DNA of 64,000 nt from an uncultured Clostridium sp. (GTDB taxonomy: Bacteria; Bacillota; Clostridia; TANB77; CAG-508). The notes beneath the pieces were generated by a model. It saw only the letters and a list, made by a program, of their open reading frames with translations. It was not told where the DNA came from and ran no database searches. This document shows, piece after piece, positions 48,579-58,581 of this stretch. The position numbers and the translations under genes are program-made. The stretch is from NCBI GenBank assembly GCA_900553985.1, contig USFW01000003.1, forward strand, positions 31,492 to 95,491, read 5' to 3'. How positions within the stretch are numbered: the first letter of the stretch is position 1; every line of letters starts with the position of its first letter.

Positions 48579-49592
48579 ATGAAGAAGAGAATTTTGACAG
48601 GTGATAGACCAACGGGAAGATTGCATATTGGACATTATTTTGGGTCTTTGAAGAAGAGGGTTGAGATGCAAAATAGTGGTGAGTATGATATGTATATTTT
48701 GATTGCTGATGTTCAAGCTTTGACTGATAATTTTAATAATCCAGAGAAGGTTAGAAATAATGTGAGACAACTTGCTATGGATTATTTGGCTTGTGGTATT
48801 GACCCTAGTAAAACTACTATATATATACAGTCTATGATACCTGAGACTGCTGAGCTTACTGTTTATTATTCTAATTTGGTTTCAATTGCAAGATTGGAGA
48901 GAAATCCAACTGTTAAGACTGAAATTGCTCAGAAAAGAGAGGTTTTCGGCGAGAGTGTTACTTATGGATTTTTAGGATATCCAGTTAGTCAAGCAGCTGA
49001 TATAACAACTTTTGAAGGTGAGTTAGTTCCAGCAGGAGAAGATCAAGAGCCTTTAATAGAACAAGCAAGAGAGATTGTTAGAAAATTTAATAGTATTTAT
49101 GGAGATGTTTTAGTTGAACCTAAAATTGTATTGTCAGAAGGTAAAAGAATAAAAGGCCTTGATGGTAATGAAAAGATGGGTAAATCTTTAGGAAATGCTA
49201 TTTATTTATCTGATACTGAAGAAGAAATTACAAAAAAAGTTATGAGTGCTGTAACAGACCCTAATAGAATAAAAAAAGATGATTTAGGAAATCCTGATAT
49301 ATGTATGGTTGCATATTATCATAATCTATTTACAGATTCAGAAGATGTGAAAAAAATATGTGAAGAATGTAGAGCTGGAAAAAGAGGTTGTGTTGCTTGC
49401 AAAAAACAATTGGCGAAAAATATAATTGAGTATTTAAGACCGATAAGAGAAAAAAGAAAATATTATGAAGAGAATATAGAACTTGTAGATGAGATCCTTA
49501 AAGAGGGAACTGAAAAAGCAAGAAAGACAGCGAAGGAAACAATGAAGAAAGTAAAGAGTGCTATGAAATTAGATTATTTTGATGAAATATAA
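48579..49592 (+). CDS. trpS: tryptophanyl-tRNA synthetase
   Basis: HIGH motif (GRLHIGHYFG), KMSKS variant KMGKS, and length 337 aa. Confidence 0.95.
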   Translation: MKKRILTGDRPTGRLHIGHYFGSLKKRVEMQNSGEYDMYILIADVQALTDNFNNPEKVRNNVRQLAMDYLACGIDPSKTTIYIQSMIPETAELTVYYSNLVSIARLERNPTVKTEIAQKREVFGESVTYGFLGYPVSQAADITTFEGELVPAGEDQEPLIEQAREIVRKFNSIYGDVLVEPKIVLSEGKRIKGLDGNEKMGKSLGNAIYLSDTEEEITKKVMSAVTDPNRIKKDDLGNPDICMVAYYHNLFTDSEDVKKICEECRAGKRGCVACKKQLAKNIIEYLRPIREKRKYYEENIELVDEILKEGTEKARKTAKETMKKVKSAMKLDYFDEI

Positions 49593-49600
49593 AAAGTTAA

Positions 49601-50887
<1,287 letters not shown>

Positions 50888-50904
50888 CATATAAATTTTT
50901 GTTG

Positions 50905-51175
50905 TAATAGATATAGCTTTTACAAATTAACCGCTGAAAATAGTTGATAATTATAATTTTTTGGGCTTTTGACTACTTATTTCATTCAGAAAGAATTGGT
51001 AAGGCTTCCTCATGAGCCTCTCTCACTCAGACCCCTTCATACTTCAGGTACCATGAGCATTCCTCATTCGAAAGCCTAACCAATTCTAATCTTCATTCCA
51101 TGCGAACGTCAAAATCCAAAAAATTATAATTATCAACTATTTTCAGCTACTTTATAATAAAAGATTTTTAGTAAT
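50905..51175 (+). repeat. foldback element, copy 3
   Basis: Same core as copies 1 and 2, with five substitutions. Outer arms 50933-50973 / 51108-51147. Begins 18 nt after the obg stop codon. Confidence 0.9.
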
Positions 51176-51188
51176 TTTACAATATGAG

Positions 51189-51217
51189 TTGACTAAAATA
51201 GAATTTAGTGGTATAAA
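51189..51217 (+). promoter_or_regulatory. tRNA-Glu promoter
   Basis: TTGACT (51189-51194), 17 nt, TGgTATAAA (-10 at 51212-51217). Confidence 0.55.
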
Positions 51218-51234
51218 TAATAAGTAAAATTTAA

Positions 51235-51309
51235 GGCCCCTTGGTCAAGCGGTTAAGACGCCACCCTCTCAAGGTGGAATCATGGGTTCGATTCCCGTAG
51301 GGGTCACCA
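51235..51309 (+). tRNA. tRNA-Glu (anticodon CUC), CCA encoded
   Basis: GGCCCCTTGGTCAAGCGGTTAAGACGCCACCCTCTCAAGGTGGAATCATGGGTTCGATTCCCGTAGGGGTCACCA. The body is tRNA-Glu-like and the anticodon loop is CTCTCAA. Confidence 0.85.
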
Positions 51310-51394
51310 AATGTATATTTGAATTAAAAAATAAAGTCAATAGTTAAAATCGATAATTAAATTTTAGCTATTGGCTTTATTTTGTTTTAAAAAT

Positions 51395-51814
51395 CTATTT
51401 TTTAAATCCATCACTAATATCATAATAATAATCTAAGCATCTAGCAATATAATCAGAATTTACATTAAAATAATTTGCTATTTCAGTTGCAGTAGATATA
51501 CCATTATTAATTAATTGTTTAACTTCTTGATATGGAAAAAATTCGTTCCAAGCTGCAATATCAGCAGACTGCTCCATATCATTTATTGTTTCATAAGGGT
51601 CATTAGATTTATAATATGAATGAGCTAAATAATGACCAAATTCTTGAATTATAATTGTATTTTCATGTGTAGAATTTTTAATTTGCTCTTTATCAACAAC
51701 TATTGCAGTAATATTTTCATAATGTACAATTGCACCAGGTGTCAAAAAAAGTTTTTTATTTATATAGTGTATATTTTCTTGTTGTAATCTTTTGTATAAA
51801 TCATCAGTATTCAT
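51395..51814 (-). CDS. ImmA/IrrE-family metallopeptidase-like protein with a variant motif (QEFGH)
   Basis: Small protein directly downstream of an XRE repressor. IIIQEFGHYLAH sits where the HExxH motif is expected. Confidence 0.6.
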   Translation of the reverse strand: MNTDDLYKRLQQENIHYINKKLFLTPGAIVHYENITAIVVDKEQIKNSTHENTIIIQEFGHYLAHSYYKSNDPYETINDMEQSADIAAWNEFFPYQEVKQLINNGISTATEIANYFNVNSDYIARCLDYYYDISDGFKK

Positions 51815-51816
51815 TT

Positions 51817-52149
51817 TTAATTTTTATTTTGTTTTTTTAATAAATCCTCCATAATTTCTCGTAAAATTTCCTGATTTTCTTTATTTAATCCCTTTATGCC
51901 ATTTGCAAAAGCAATTTCTATATCATCAAGTTCTAAACTGTTATTTTTAACATCACTTTTACAGAGAATATAATCTATACTACAACCAAATATTTCAGAT
52001 AATCTTATTAAAATTTCTATACTAGGTTTGCGTGATTCATTTTCGTACATTGCAATAGTGCTTTTTGCACCATTAATTTTATCAGCAAGTTCTTGTTGGG
52101 TATATCCAAATTGTTTACGCAATTCTTTTATCCTATTCATTGCAATCAC
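51817..52149 (-). CDS. XRE-family HTH repressor (ImmR-like)
   Basis: MNRIKELRKQFGYTQQELADKINGAKSTIAMYENESRKPSIEIL is a canonical HTH_3 domain. Confidence 0.85.
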   Translation of the reverse strand: MIAMNRIKELRKQFGYTQQELADKINGAKSTIAMYENESRKPSIEILIRLSEIFGCSIDYILCKSDVKNNSLELDDIEIAFANGIKGLNKENQEILREIMEDLLKKQNKN

Positions 52150-52227
52150 TCCTCATCAACAATTATAACATGCATATATAACATATTTCAACAAATAAAT
52201 ACAAAGTTCTTTAATAAATCAAAAAGA

Positions 52228-52265
52228 TTGACAGTTCACTTAAAGTATATTATACTTAAAGTGAA
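52228..52265 (+). promoter_or_regulatory. promoter overlapped by a 15-bp inverted repeat operator
   Basis: TTGACA (52228-52233), 17 nt, TATACT (52251-52256). TTCACTTAAAGTATA (52235-52249) pairs with TATACTTAAAGTGAA (52251-52265) with one mismatch. Confidence 0.55.
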
Positions 52266-52416
52266 TTTAAAGGAAAGGAGATAATGTAATGAAAAAAAGA
52301 AAATATTATTTAATAATCTAGTATAAGAACAAATAATTTTACAAAGAAAAAAATATGAAAACAAAGATGTATTTTTTATCCAAAAGCATAATGCTAAAAT
52401 AATAAAGGTGATAATA

Positions 52417-52791
52417 ATGAGCGAAGTAATAAAAAATTTAAAAACTATAAGGAAAAAATTAGATAAAAGTATAAGAAAATATGGAATATATTCAGAAAAC
52501 TCACAAATAATTAGTAAAGAATTTGATGATTTATTAAATGTGTATTATAAATCCATAAAAGAAGTAGAATTTCCTGAAAGCTCAATGATGATAATTTATT
52601 ATAGGATATCATATAATGCATTAAAAGAATTAACACAAAAAAATAAAAAGTTTCCATTAGTAAAAGAATGGAACAAATATGCTAAAGAAAATAAATTTAT
52701 GTCACATATTTCTTTAGAATACATATCGAAATTAGATTGGAATTATATACAAATAAAAGTTGAAAGAGAAATAAATTTAGAAATATTATAG
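52417..52791 (+). CDS. protein with a Spo0E-like N-terminal domain
   Basis: LKTIRKKLDKSIRKYGIYSENSQIISKEFDDLLNVY resembles the Spo0E aspartyl-phosphate phosphatase helix-hairpin (SQELD.LI). The ATG at 52417 is 6 nt after AGGTG. Confidence 0.45.
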   Translation: MSEVIKNLKTIRKKLDKSIRKYGIYSENSQIISKEFDDLLNVYYKSIKEVEFPESSMMIIYYRISYNALKELTQKNKKFPLVKEWNKYAKENKFMSHISLEYISKLDWNYIQIKVEREINLEIL

Positions 52792-52987
52792 GAGATTTTG
52801 TCGAAAATGATTGCAAAAAACTTGACAAGATATTTTAATTTTATAAAATAGATAAAAGAGATAGAAGACCGCGAAATCTATTACTATCTCTTTTATAACA
52901 ACACTCAATAAAGAGGTGTTACTATCAGTATAACCTCTTTATATACAAAAGTCAAATGTATTTTATACGAAAGAGAGGTTTTAATTT

Positions 52988-53146
52988 ATGAAAAAGATGA
53001 AATTAGAAGATTTTATAAGAAAAAGGATATTTGAGAATAGAAAAATGTTTTCTAAAAAAGAATTGACAAAAATAGATGAAAATATTATACTTATAAAAAA
53101 GATATATATATTGGCATTAAAAGATAGTTGGAATATGTATAAATAG
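52988..53146 (+). CDS. hypothetical small protein (52 aa)
   Basis: ATG 9 nt after AGAGAGG. Encodes MKKMKLEDFIRKRIFENRKMFSKKELTKIDENIILIKKIYILALKDSWNMYK. Below the ORF-track length cut-off. I recognise no homology. Confidence 0.3.
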   Translation: MKKMKLEDFIRKRIFENRKMFSKKELTKIDENIILIKKIYILALKDSWNMYK

Positions 53147-53149
53147 ATT

Positions 53150-53272
53150 TAAAAGGGAGTAGCTTTAATTTACTAATCAACAGTCGCGATAATTATTATC
53201 TGGTTAGTAAGCTTTTGGAAATGAGCAAGCGAGACTTTTAAAAGGAAAACAATACCTTTTAAAGGTCTTTTT
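53150..53272 (+). promoter_or_regulatory. yybP-ykoY-like (Mn2+) riboswitch candidate with terminator
   Basis: 5' AAAAGGGAGTAGC (53151-53163) and 3' GAGCAAGCGAGACTTTT (53223-53239) resemble the conserved GGGGAGUAGC / AGCAAGAC strands. Terminator: AGACTTTTAAAAGG (53232-53245) pairs with CCTTTTAAAGGTCT (53255-53268), followed by a T-run. The terminator shares GACTTTT with P1. Confidence 0.5.
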
Positions 53273-53338
53273 ATATGTTTATTTTATGTCATAAAAAACT
53301 AAAATAATGCCAAAATAATTACAAAAGGAGGAAGAACA

Positions 53339-56068
53339 TTGGAAAATCATAACTGGTTTAACAAGAAAGTAGAGGATGTAGAAAAAGAGCTACACACAAA
53401 TATTGAAACAGGACTAACAGACGAAGAAGTAAAGCAAAGAAGAGAAAAATATGGTCTAAATCAATTGAAAGAAAAAAAGAAAAAATCAATGTTAAAAAGA
53501 TTTTTAGACCAATTCAAAGACTTTTCAATCATAATTTTAATAATAGCAGCAATAGTATCTGGAGTAGTTGGTGTAGCAGAAGGGGAAGGAATTACTGATA
53601 CAATAATTATATTGATAGTAGTTCTTGTAAATGCAATAATAGGAGTAACACAAGAGTCTAAAGCTGAGAAGTCATTAGAAGCATTACAAAAATTAACAGA
53701 CCATGCATCTAAAGTTATTAGAAACGGACATATTACTGTTGTCCCAGCAAAGGAATTAGTACCTGGAGATATTGTTGTATTAGATACAGGTGATTATATC
53801 CCAGCAGATTTAAGAATTACAGAAGCAGTAAACTTAAAATCACAAGAAGCATCACTTACAGGAGAATCTGTTCCAGTAGAAAAAACAATAGAAAAAATAG
53901 ATGATGCAGAAATTGGAATAGGAGATAGAACAAATATGCTATTTTCTTCTAGCTTAGTAACATATGGTAGAGGAAAAGGAATTGTAGTAGAAACAGGAAT
54001 GACGACAGAAGTTGGTAAAATAGCAGAAATGATAAACCAAACAGAAGAACAAATAACACCACTACAACAAAAATTAAATAAACTAGGAAAGACTTTAGGA
54101 ATAGCAGCCTTAGCTATATGTGTATTTATATTCATAATAGGATTATTGCAACATAAAGAACCAATTCATATGTTTATGACAGCAGTATCACTAGCAGTTG
54201 CAGCAATACCAGAAGGATTAGTTGCAGTTTCTACGATTGTTTTAGCAATTGGTGTTCAAAAAATGGTAAAGAAAAATGCGATAGTAAAAAGATTACCAGC
54301 AGTAGAAACATTAGGAAGTGCAACAGTTATATGTTCTGATAAAACAGGAACATTAACTCAAAATAAAATGACAGTAGAAAAAGTATTTTTAAATAAAGAA
54401 ATAAAAGATTTTTCAGAAATTGATAAAAACAATGTAAATGAAGATATGACAAAATTAGTATATGCAAATATGCTATGTAATGACACAAAAATTTCTAAAG
54501 ATGGAACATTAACAGGAGACCCAACAGAAACAGCATTAGTAGACATGGCATTTAATCTTAATTTTGACCCATCAATATATGATAGAATGGTTCGTGTTGC
54601 AGAAGTTCCATTTGATTCAGATAGAAAATTAATGACAACAGTCAACAAAGTTAATGATAAATATATTGCATATACAAAAGGTGGAGTAGACGAATTACTA
54701 AGAATATGTAAAGCATATTTATTAAACAACGAAATTAAAGAAGATTTAGAAAATTATGCTGTAACAATCAGAGAAAAAAATGAAGAAATGGCAAAAGAAG
54801 CATTAAGAGTTTTAGCTTGTGGATATAAAGAATTTGACTATGAACCAACAGAAGAAGAAATAAAAAATATTGAAAGTGATTTAATATTTGTCGGAATGGT
54901 TGGAATGATTGACCCACCAAGAGAAGAAGCTAAAAAAGCAGTAGAAAAATGTAAAACAGCAGGAATAAAAACTGTAATGATTACGGGAGACCATAAAATT
55001 ACAGCAACAGCAATAGCCAAAAAATTAGGAATATTAGAAAATGAAAACGAAGCAATAACAGGTCAAGAACTTGAAAAAATGAGTGATGAGGAATTACAAA
55101 AAAATGTAAGACATTATTCAGTATATGCAAGAGTTTCACCAGAACATAAAGTAAGAATAGTAAAAGCATGGCAAAAAAATGGAGAAATAGTTGCAATGAC
55201 AGGTGATGGAGTAAATGATAGTCCAGCACTAAAAACATCAGATATAGGATGTGCAATGGGAGTTGTAGGAACAGATGTAGCAAAAGAAGCAGCAGATGTA
55301 ATTTTAACAGATGACAACTTTGCAACAATAGTATCAGCAGTAGAAGAAGGAAGAAGAATATATGATAATATATTAAAAGTTATTCAATTCTTATTATCAA
55401 GTAATATAGGAGAAATAGTAGTACTATTTTTAGCAACACTATGTACACCATTATTTGCAAGTTGGTTTGGAATAACAGACATAGCACACTTAGAAATATT
55501 ATTACCAATTCACATATTATGGATTAACTTAGTAACAGACTCATTACCAGCATTAGCATTAGCATTTGACCCAGCAAATTCTGATATAATGAAAAGAAAA
55601 CCAAATAAACCTGAAAAGGGAGTATTTACAAAAGGAATGACTTGGAGAGTTATATACCAAGGTGTAATGATAGGATTATTAACACTAGCAGCATTTATGA
55701 TAGGACTTGCAACAACAACAGAACCACTAGATGGATTAACATTAGACGAATCAAAAATAGAAGTAGGTCAAACAATGGCGTTTGTCACACTAGCATTTTC
55801 AGAGTTAGTTCATGTATTTAATATTAGAAATAATAAAAAATCAATATTTAAAACTAAGGTATTTAATAATAGCAAATTGATATGGGCAATATTAGCATCA
55901 GCAGCTTTAATGATAGGAATATTAGCAATACCACCATTAAGAGCAGCATTTAGTATTCCAGTATTACCAAGTCAAAATATATTAGAATTAGTGGGATTAG
56001 CACTTGCACCACTTGTAATTGTTGAATTGTTCAAATTATTTAGAATAAATTCATTTAAAGATGAGTAA
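53339..56068 (+). CDS. P2-type cation-transporting ATPase (Ca2+/Mn2+ type)
   Basis: TTG start. Motifs TGES, CSDKTGTLT, TGDGVNDSPALK. Ten-TM architecture with N-terminal Cation_ATPase_N text (GLTDEEVKQRREKYGLN). Confidence 0.9.
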   Translation: MENHNWFNKKVEDVEKELHTNIETGLTDEEVKQRREKYGLNQLKEKKKKSMLKRFLDQFKDFSIIILIIAAIVSGVVGVAEGEGITDTIIILIVVLVNAIIGVTQESKAEKSLEALQKLTDHASKVIRNGHITVVPAKELVPGDIVVLDTGDYIPADLRITEAVNLKSQEASLTGESVPVEKTIEKIDDAEIGIGDRTNMLFSSSLVTYGRGKGIVVETGMTTEVGKIAEMINQTEEQITPLQQKLNKLGKTLGIAALAICVFIFIIGLLQHKEPIHMFMTAVSLAVAAIPEGLVAVSTIVLAIGVQKMVKKNAIVKRLPAVETLGSATVICSDKTGTLTQNKMTVEKVFLNKEIKDFSEIDKNNVNEDMTKLVYANMLCNDTKISKDGTLTGDPTETALVDMAFNLNFDPSIYDRMVRVAEVPFDSDRKLMTTVNKVNDKYIAYTKGGVDELLRICKAYLLNNEIKEDLENYAVTIREKNEEMAKEALRVLACGYKEFDYEPTEEEIKNIESDLIFVGMVGMIDPPREEAKKAVEKCKTAGIKTVMITGDHKITATAIAKKLGILENENEAITGQELEKMSDEELQKNVRHYSVYARVSPEHKVRIVKAWQKNGEIVAMTGDGVNDSPALKTSDIGCAMGVVGTDVAKEAADVILTDDNFATIVSAVEEGRRIYDNILKVIQFLLSSNIGEIVVLFLATLCTPLFASWFGITDIAHLEILLPIHILWINLVTDSLPALALAFDPANSDIMKRKPNKPEKGVFTKGMTWRVIYQGVMIGLLTLAAFMIGLATTTEPLDGLTLDESKIEVGQTMAFVTLAFSELVHVFNIRNNKKSIFKTKVFNNSKLIWAILASAALMIGILAIPPLRAAFSIPVLPSQNILELVGLALAPLVIVELFKLFRINSFKDE

Positions 56069-56160
56069 AAAATGAAGTTTTAGAATATGATTTTATATAG
56101 AAAAATAGTATTTAAAGTTAAGATTAAATCTAAAATTTAAAATATTAATTTAAAAAGTAA

Positions 56161-56207
56161 AATGACTGTCTTAGAATATGAAAATATTTCTAAGATAGTC
56201 ATTTTTT
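56161..56207 (+). terminator. ATPase terminator
   Basis: AATGACTGTCTTAGAA / TTCTAAGATAGTCATT stem and a T-run. Confidence 0.7.
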
Positions 56208-56290
56208 CTATACAACAAGTAAAAGCATCTTAAAAAAGACCCGCGATAGCTTTACTACTGTAGTTTCGATACTTTTCTTATAGATGAAGG

Positions 56291-56473
56291 CTAATTATAT
56301 AAATTTCGTTCATATAAATCATCAATAAAAACATCTTTTTCTTCAAAATTATCAATAAATCCAACTTTTGCAATGTTTTCATTTACACCTTGAATCCATA
56401 CAGGTCTATCATCATAAAAAATATCACATTTTTCTTTATTATCTAAAATAGAATATACTCTTTTTAAATCCAT
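56291..56473 (-). CDS. sspH: H-type small acid-soluble spore protein
   Basis: 60 aa. The pattern M..KR...IL......I.Y...PVWIQ.VNE is typical of the SspH family. Confidence 0.6.
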   Translation of the reverse strand: MDLKRVYSILDNKEKCDIFYDDRPVWIQGVNENIAKVGFIDNFEEKDVFIDDLYERNLYN

Positions 56474-56584
56474 AAAATCACGCTCCCTAAAAAATATATT
56501 TATTTAAAGTATATCCTTTGAAATGGATAAATATTCATAATAAGTCGATTTAAATTTTAAGATTTTATAAATATTTTATGAAAT

Positions 56585-56702
56585 TTGACATATAATAAAA
56601 TATGAGTTATAATACACTCAAGACGTCGATAAGTAGTTCTAAATAAAAAAACGTAAAAAGACTAGGAAGTCTCTCAAAACTTTTCCTAGTCTTTTCCTTT
56701 TT
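56585..56702 (+). ncRNA. candidate antitoxin sRNA (RNA II-like) with its promoter and shared terminator
   Basis: TTGACA (56585-56590), 17 nt, TATAAT (56608-56613). The transcript would carry TAAGTAGTTCT..ATAAAAAAACG (56630-56653). It ends at hairpin AAAAGACTAGGAA / TTCCTAGTCTTTT (56656-56695) plus a T-run. Confidence 0.5.
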
Positions 56703-56704
56703 GT

Positions 56705-56773
56705 TTAATCCTTTAAGTGCTTTACTATTAAGTAAATTAAATAAAGTTTCAACACTTTAAGTAGTTCTTTCAT
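56705..56773 (-). CDS. candidate type I toxin peptide (22 aa)
   Basis: Encodes MKELLKVLKLYLIYLIVKHLKD. GGAGG lies 11 nt upstream. Own promoter: TTGACA (56843-56838), 17 nt, TATATT (56820-56815). The terminator hairpin is read from the opposite side. Confidence 0.45.
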   Translation of the reverse strand: MKELLKVLKLYLIYLIVKHLKD

Positions 56774-56940
56774 AAAAAAACGATCCTCCTTTCTACCTTG
56801 AGAAAGGTAAGAACAATATATAGTATATAATGTGTTTTGTCAAATATAATTTATATTAATAAAATAAAAAATAAATTTGACTTATAAAATCAAATCATAT
56901 AAAATATATTAATAATATACAAAAAATAAGGAGGAATTTT

Positions 56941-58581
56941 ATGAAGATACAATATAAAGATAAAATAAAAGAAATAAAAGAACCAATGAAAATTAGTGAT
57001 TTATTCAAAGAAGAAATAGAAGAAAGTAAATACCCAGTTATAGCAGGAATATTCAACAATGAATATGTAAATTTAGATTATAAAATAGAAAAAGATGGAA
57101 AAGTAGAGTTAATAGACATCTCATCAAAAGAAGGGCAAAAAGTATATAGAAGAACATTAATATACATAGTTGGAAAAGCATTTGAAAAACTTTATCCAAA
57201 TGAAAGAATGGAAGTAAACTATCAATTAGCAAATTCAATGTTTTGTGATTTCATAGGAAAAGAAGTTACAGAAGAGTTTGTTAAAAAATTAACTGAAGAA
57301 GTAAAAAATATAATAGAACAAGATTTACCAATAAAACAAGTAATAATGAATATGAAAGAAGCAAAAGCTTTCTTTGAAAAAGAACATACTTCAAAAGGAA
57401 GATTGCAAATTGACTTAGAAAATAATGATGAAGTTTTTATGTATTTTTGTGAAGATTATTATAACTACTGTTATGGAACTTTAGCAAATAGAACAGGAAT
57501 AGTAAAAATATTTGAAATTGTAAAATATAATGATGGATTTTTAATTAGATATCCAAGTCAAAAAAATCCAGAGGTATTACCAGAACTTGCTGAAACTAAA
57601 AAGCTTGCATGGGCAATGGAAGAATATGATGATATTCATAAAATTTTAAATATAGAAAGAACATATAAAATAAATGAAGCAATAAAAGAAAAAAGAGTAA
57701 ATGATATAATAATGTTAGCAGAAGCATTACATGAAAAGAAAATAGCAAAAATAGCTGATAATATAGCACAAAATAAAAACATAAAAATGATTTTAATAGC
57801 AGGTCCATCTTCATCAGGAAAGACAACATTTGCACAAAGGCTAGGAATACAATTAAGATTAAATAGAATAAAACCAGTAACAATTTCAGTGGATAATTAT
57901 TTTGTTGAAAGACAAGATACACCAAGAGATGCAAATGGAGAATACAATTTTGAATGTATAGAAGCAATAGATTTAGAGCTATTTAATGAACATTTGACAA
58001 AGTTATTAAATGGCGAAGAAATCGAAATGCCAGAATTTGATTTCCATGAAGGAACAAAAAAATATAATGGAAAGATGGTAAGATTAGAAAAAGATGAAGT
58101 ATTAGTAATTGAAGGAATACACTGCTTAAATGATAAATTAACAAGTAAAATACCAGCAGAACAAAAATATAAAATATATATAAGTGCATTAACAGTATTG
58201 AATTTAGACAGATTTAATAGAATATCAACAACAGATACAAGATTAGTAAGAAGAATAGTAAGAGATTATCAATTCAGAGGATATTCAGCACAAAGTACAA
58301 TACGTACATGGAATAAGGTAAATGAGGGAGAGGAAAAAAATATATTCCCATTCCAAGAAGGAGCAGATTTCGTATTTAATACATCTTTAGTATATGAATT
58401 AGGAGCATTAAAGCCAATAGTAATGCCTTTATTAGAACAAATAACGAATAAAGAACCAGAATATGCAGAAGCAAGAAGAATAATGAATATGTTAAAATAT
58501 TTTGAAGAAATTCCAAAAGAATACATACCAAATAATTCATTGCTAAAAGAATTTTTAGGTGGAGGAAACTTTAAATATTAA
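56941..58581 (+). CDS. TGS-domain / uridine kinase-like nucleoside kinase
   Basis: N-terminal TGS-like region. P-loop AGPSSSGKTTFAQRL. The C-terminal half belongs to the PRK/uridine kinase family. Confidence 0.75.
   Translation: MKIQYKDKIKEIKEPMKISDLFKEEIEESKYPVIAGIFNNEYVNLDYKIEKDGKVELIDISSKEGQKVYRRTLIYIVGKAFEKLYPNERMEVNYQLANSMFCDFIGKEVTEEFVKKLTEEVKNIIEQDLPIKQVIMNMKEAKAFFEKEHTSKGRLQIDLENNDEVFMYFCEDYYNYCYGTLANRTGIVKIFEIVKYNDGFLIRYPSQKNPEVLPELAETKKLAWAMEEYDDIHKILNIERTYKINEAIKEKRVNDIIMLAEALHEKKIAKIADNIAQNKNIKMILIAGPSSSGKTTFAQRLGIQLRLNRIKPVTISVDNYFVERQDTPRDANGEYNFECIEAIDLELFNEHLTKLLNGEEIEMPEFDFHEGTKKYNGKMVRLEKDEVLVIEGIHCLNDKLTSKIPAEQKYKIYISALTVLNLDRFNRISTTDTRLVRRIVRDYQFRGYSAQSTIRTWNKVNEGEEKNIFPFQEGADFVFNTSLVYELGALKPIVMPLLEQITNKEPEYAEARRIMNMLKYFEEIPKEYIPNNSLLKEFLGGGNFKY

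Noticed and set aside
48392-48770. ORF-track entries 48392-48577 (+, 61 aa) and 48519-48770 (-, 83 aa).
   Set aside because: The first lies entirely inside the foldback element and has no SD. The second is antisense to the well-supported trpS 5' end. Both have composition typical of AT-rich noise.
51310-53146. A complete prophage or ICE could be integrated at tRNA-Glu.
   Set aside because: Only the repressor/ImmA pair and two small ORFs are present. No integrase, recombinase, structural or conjugation genes are present, and I saw no direct repeat of the tRNA 3' end. At most this is a remnant.
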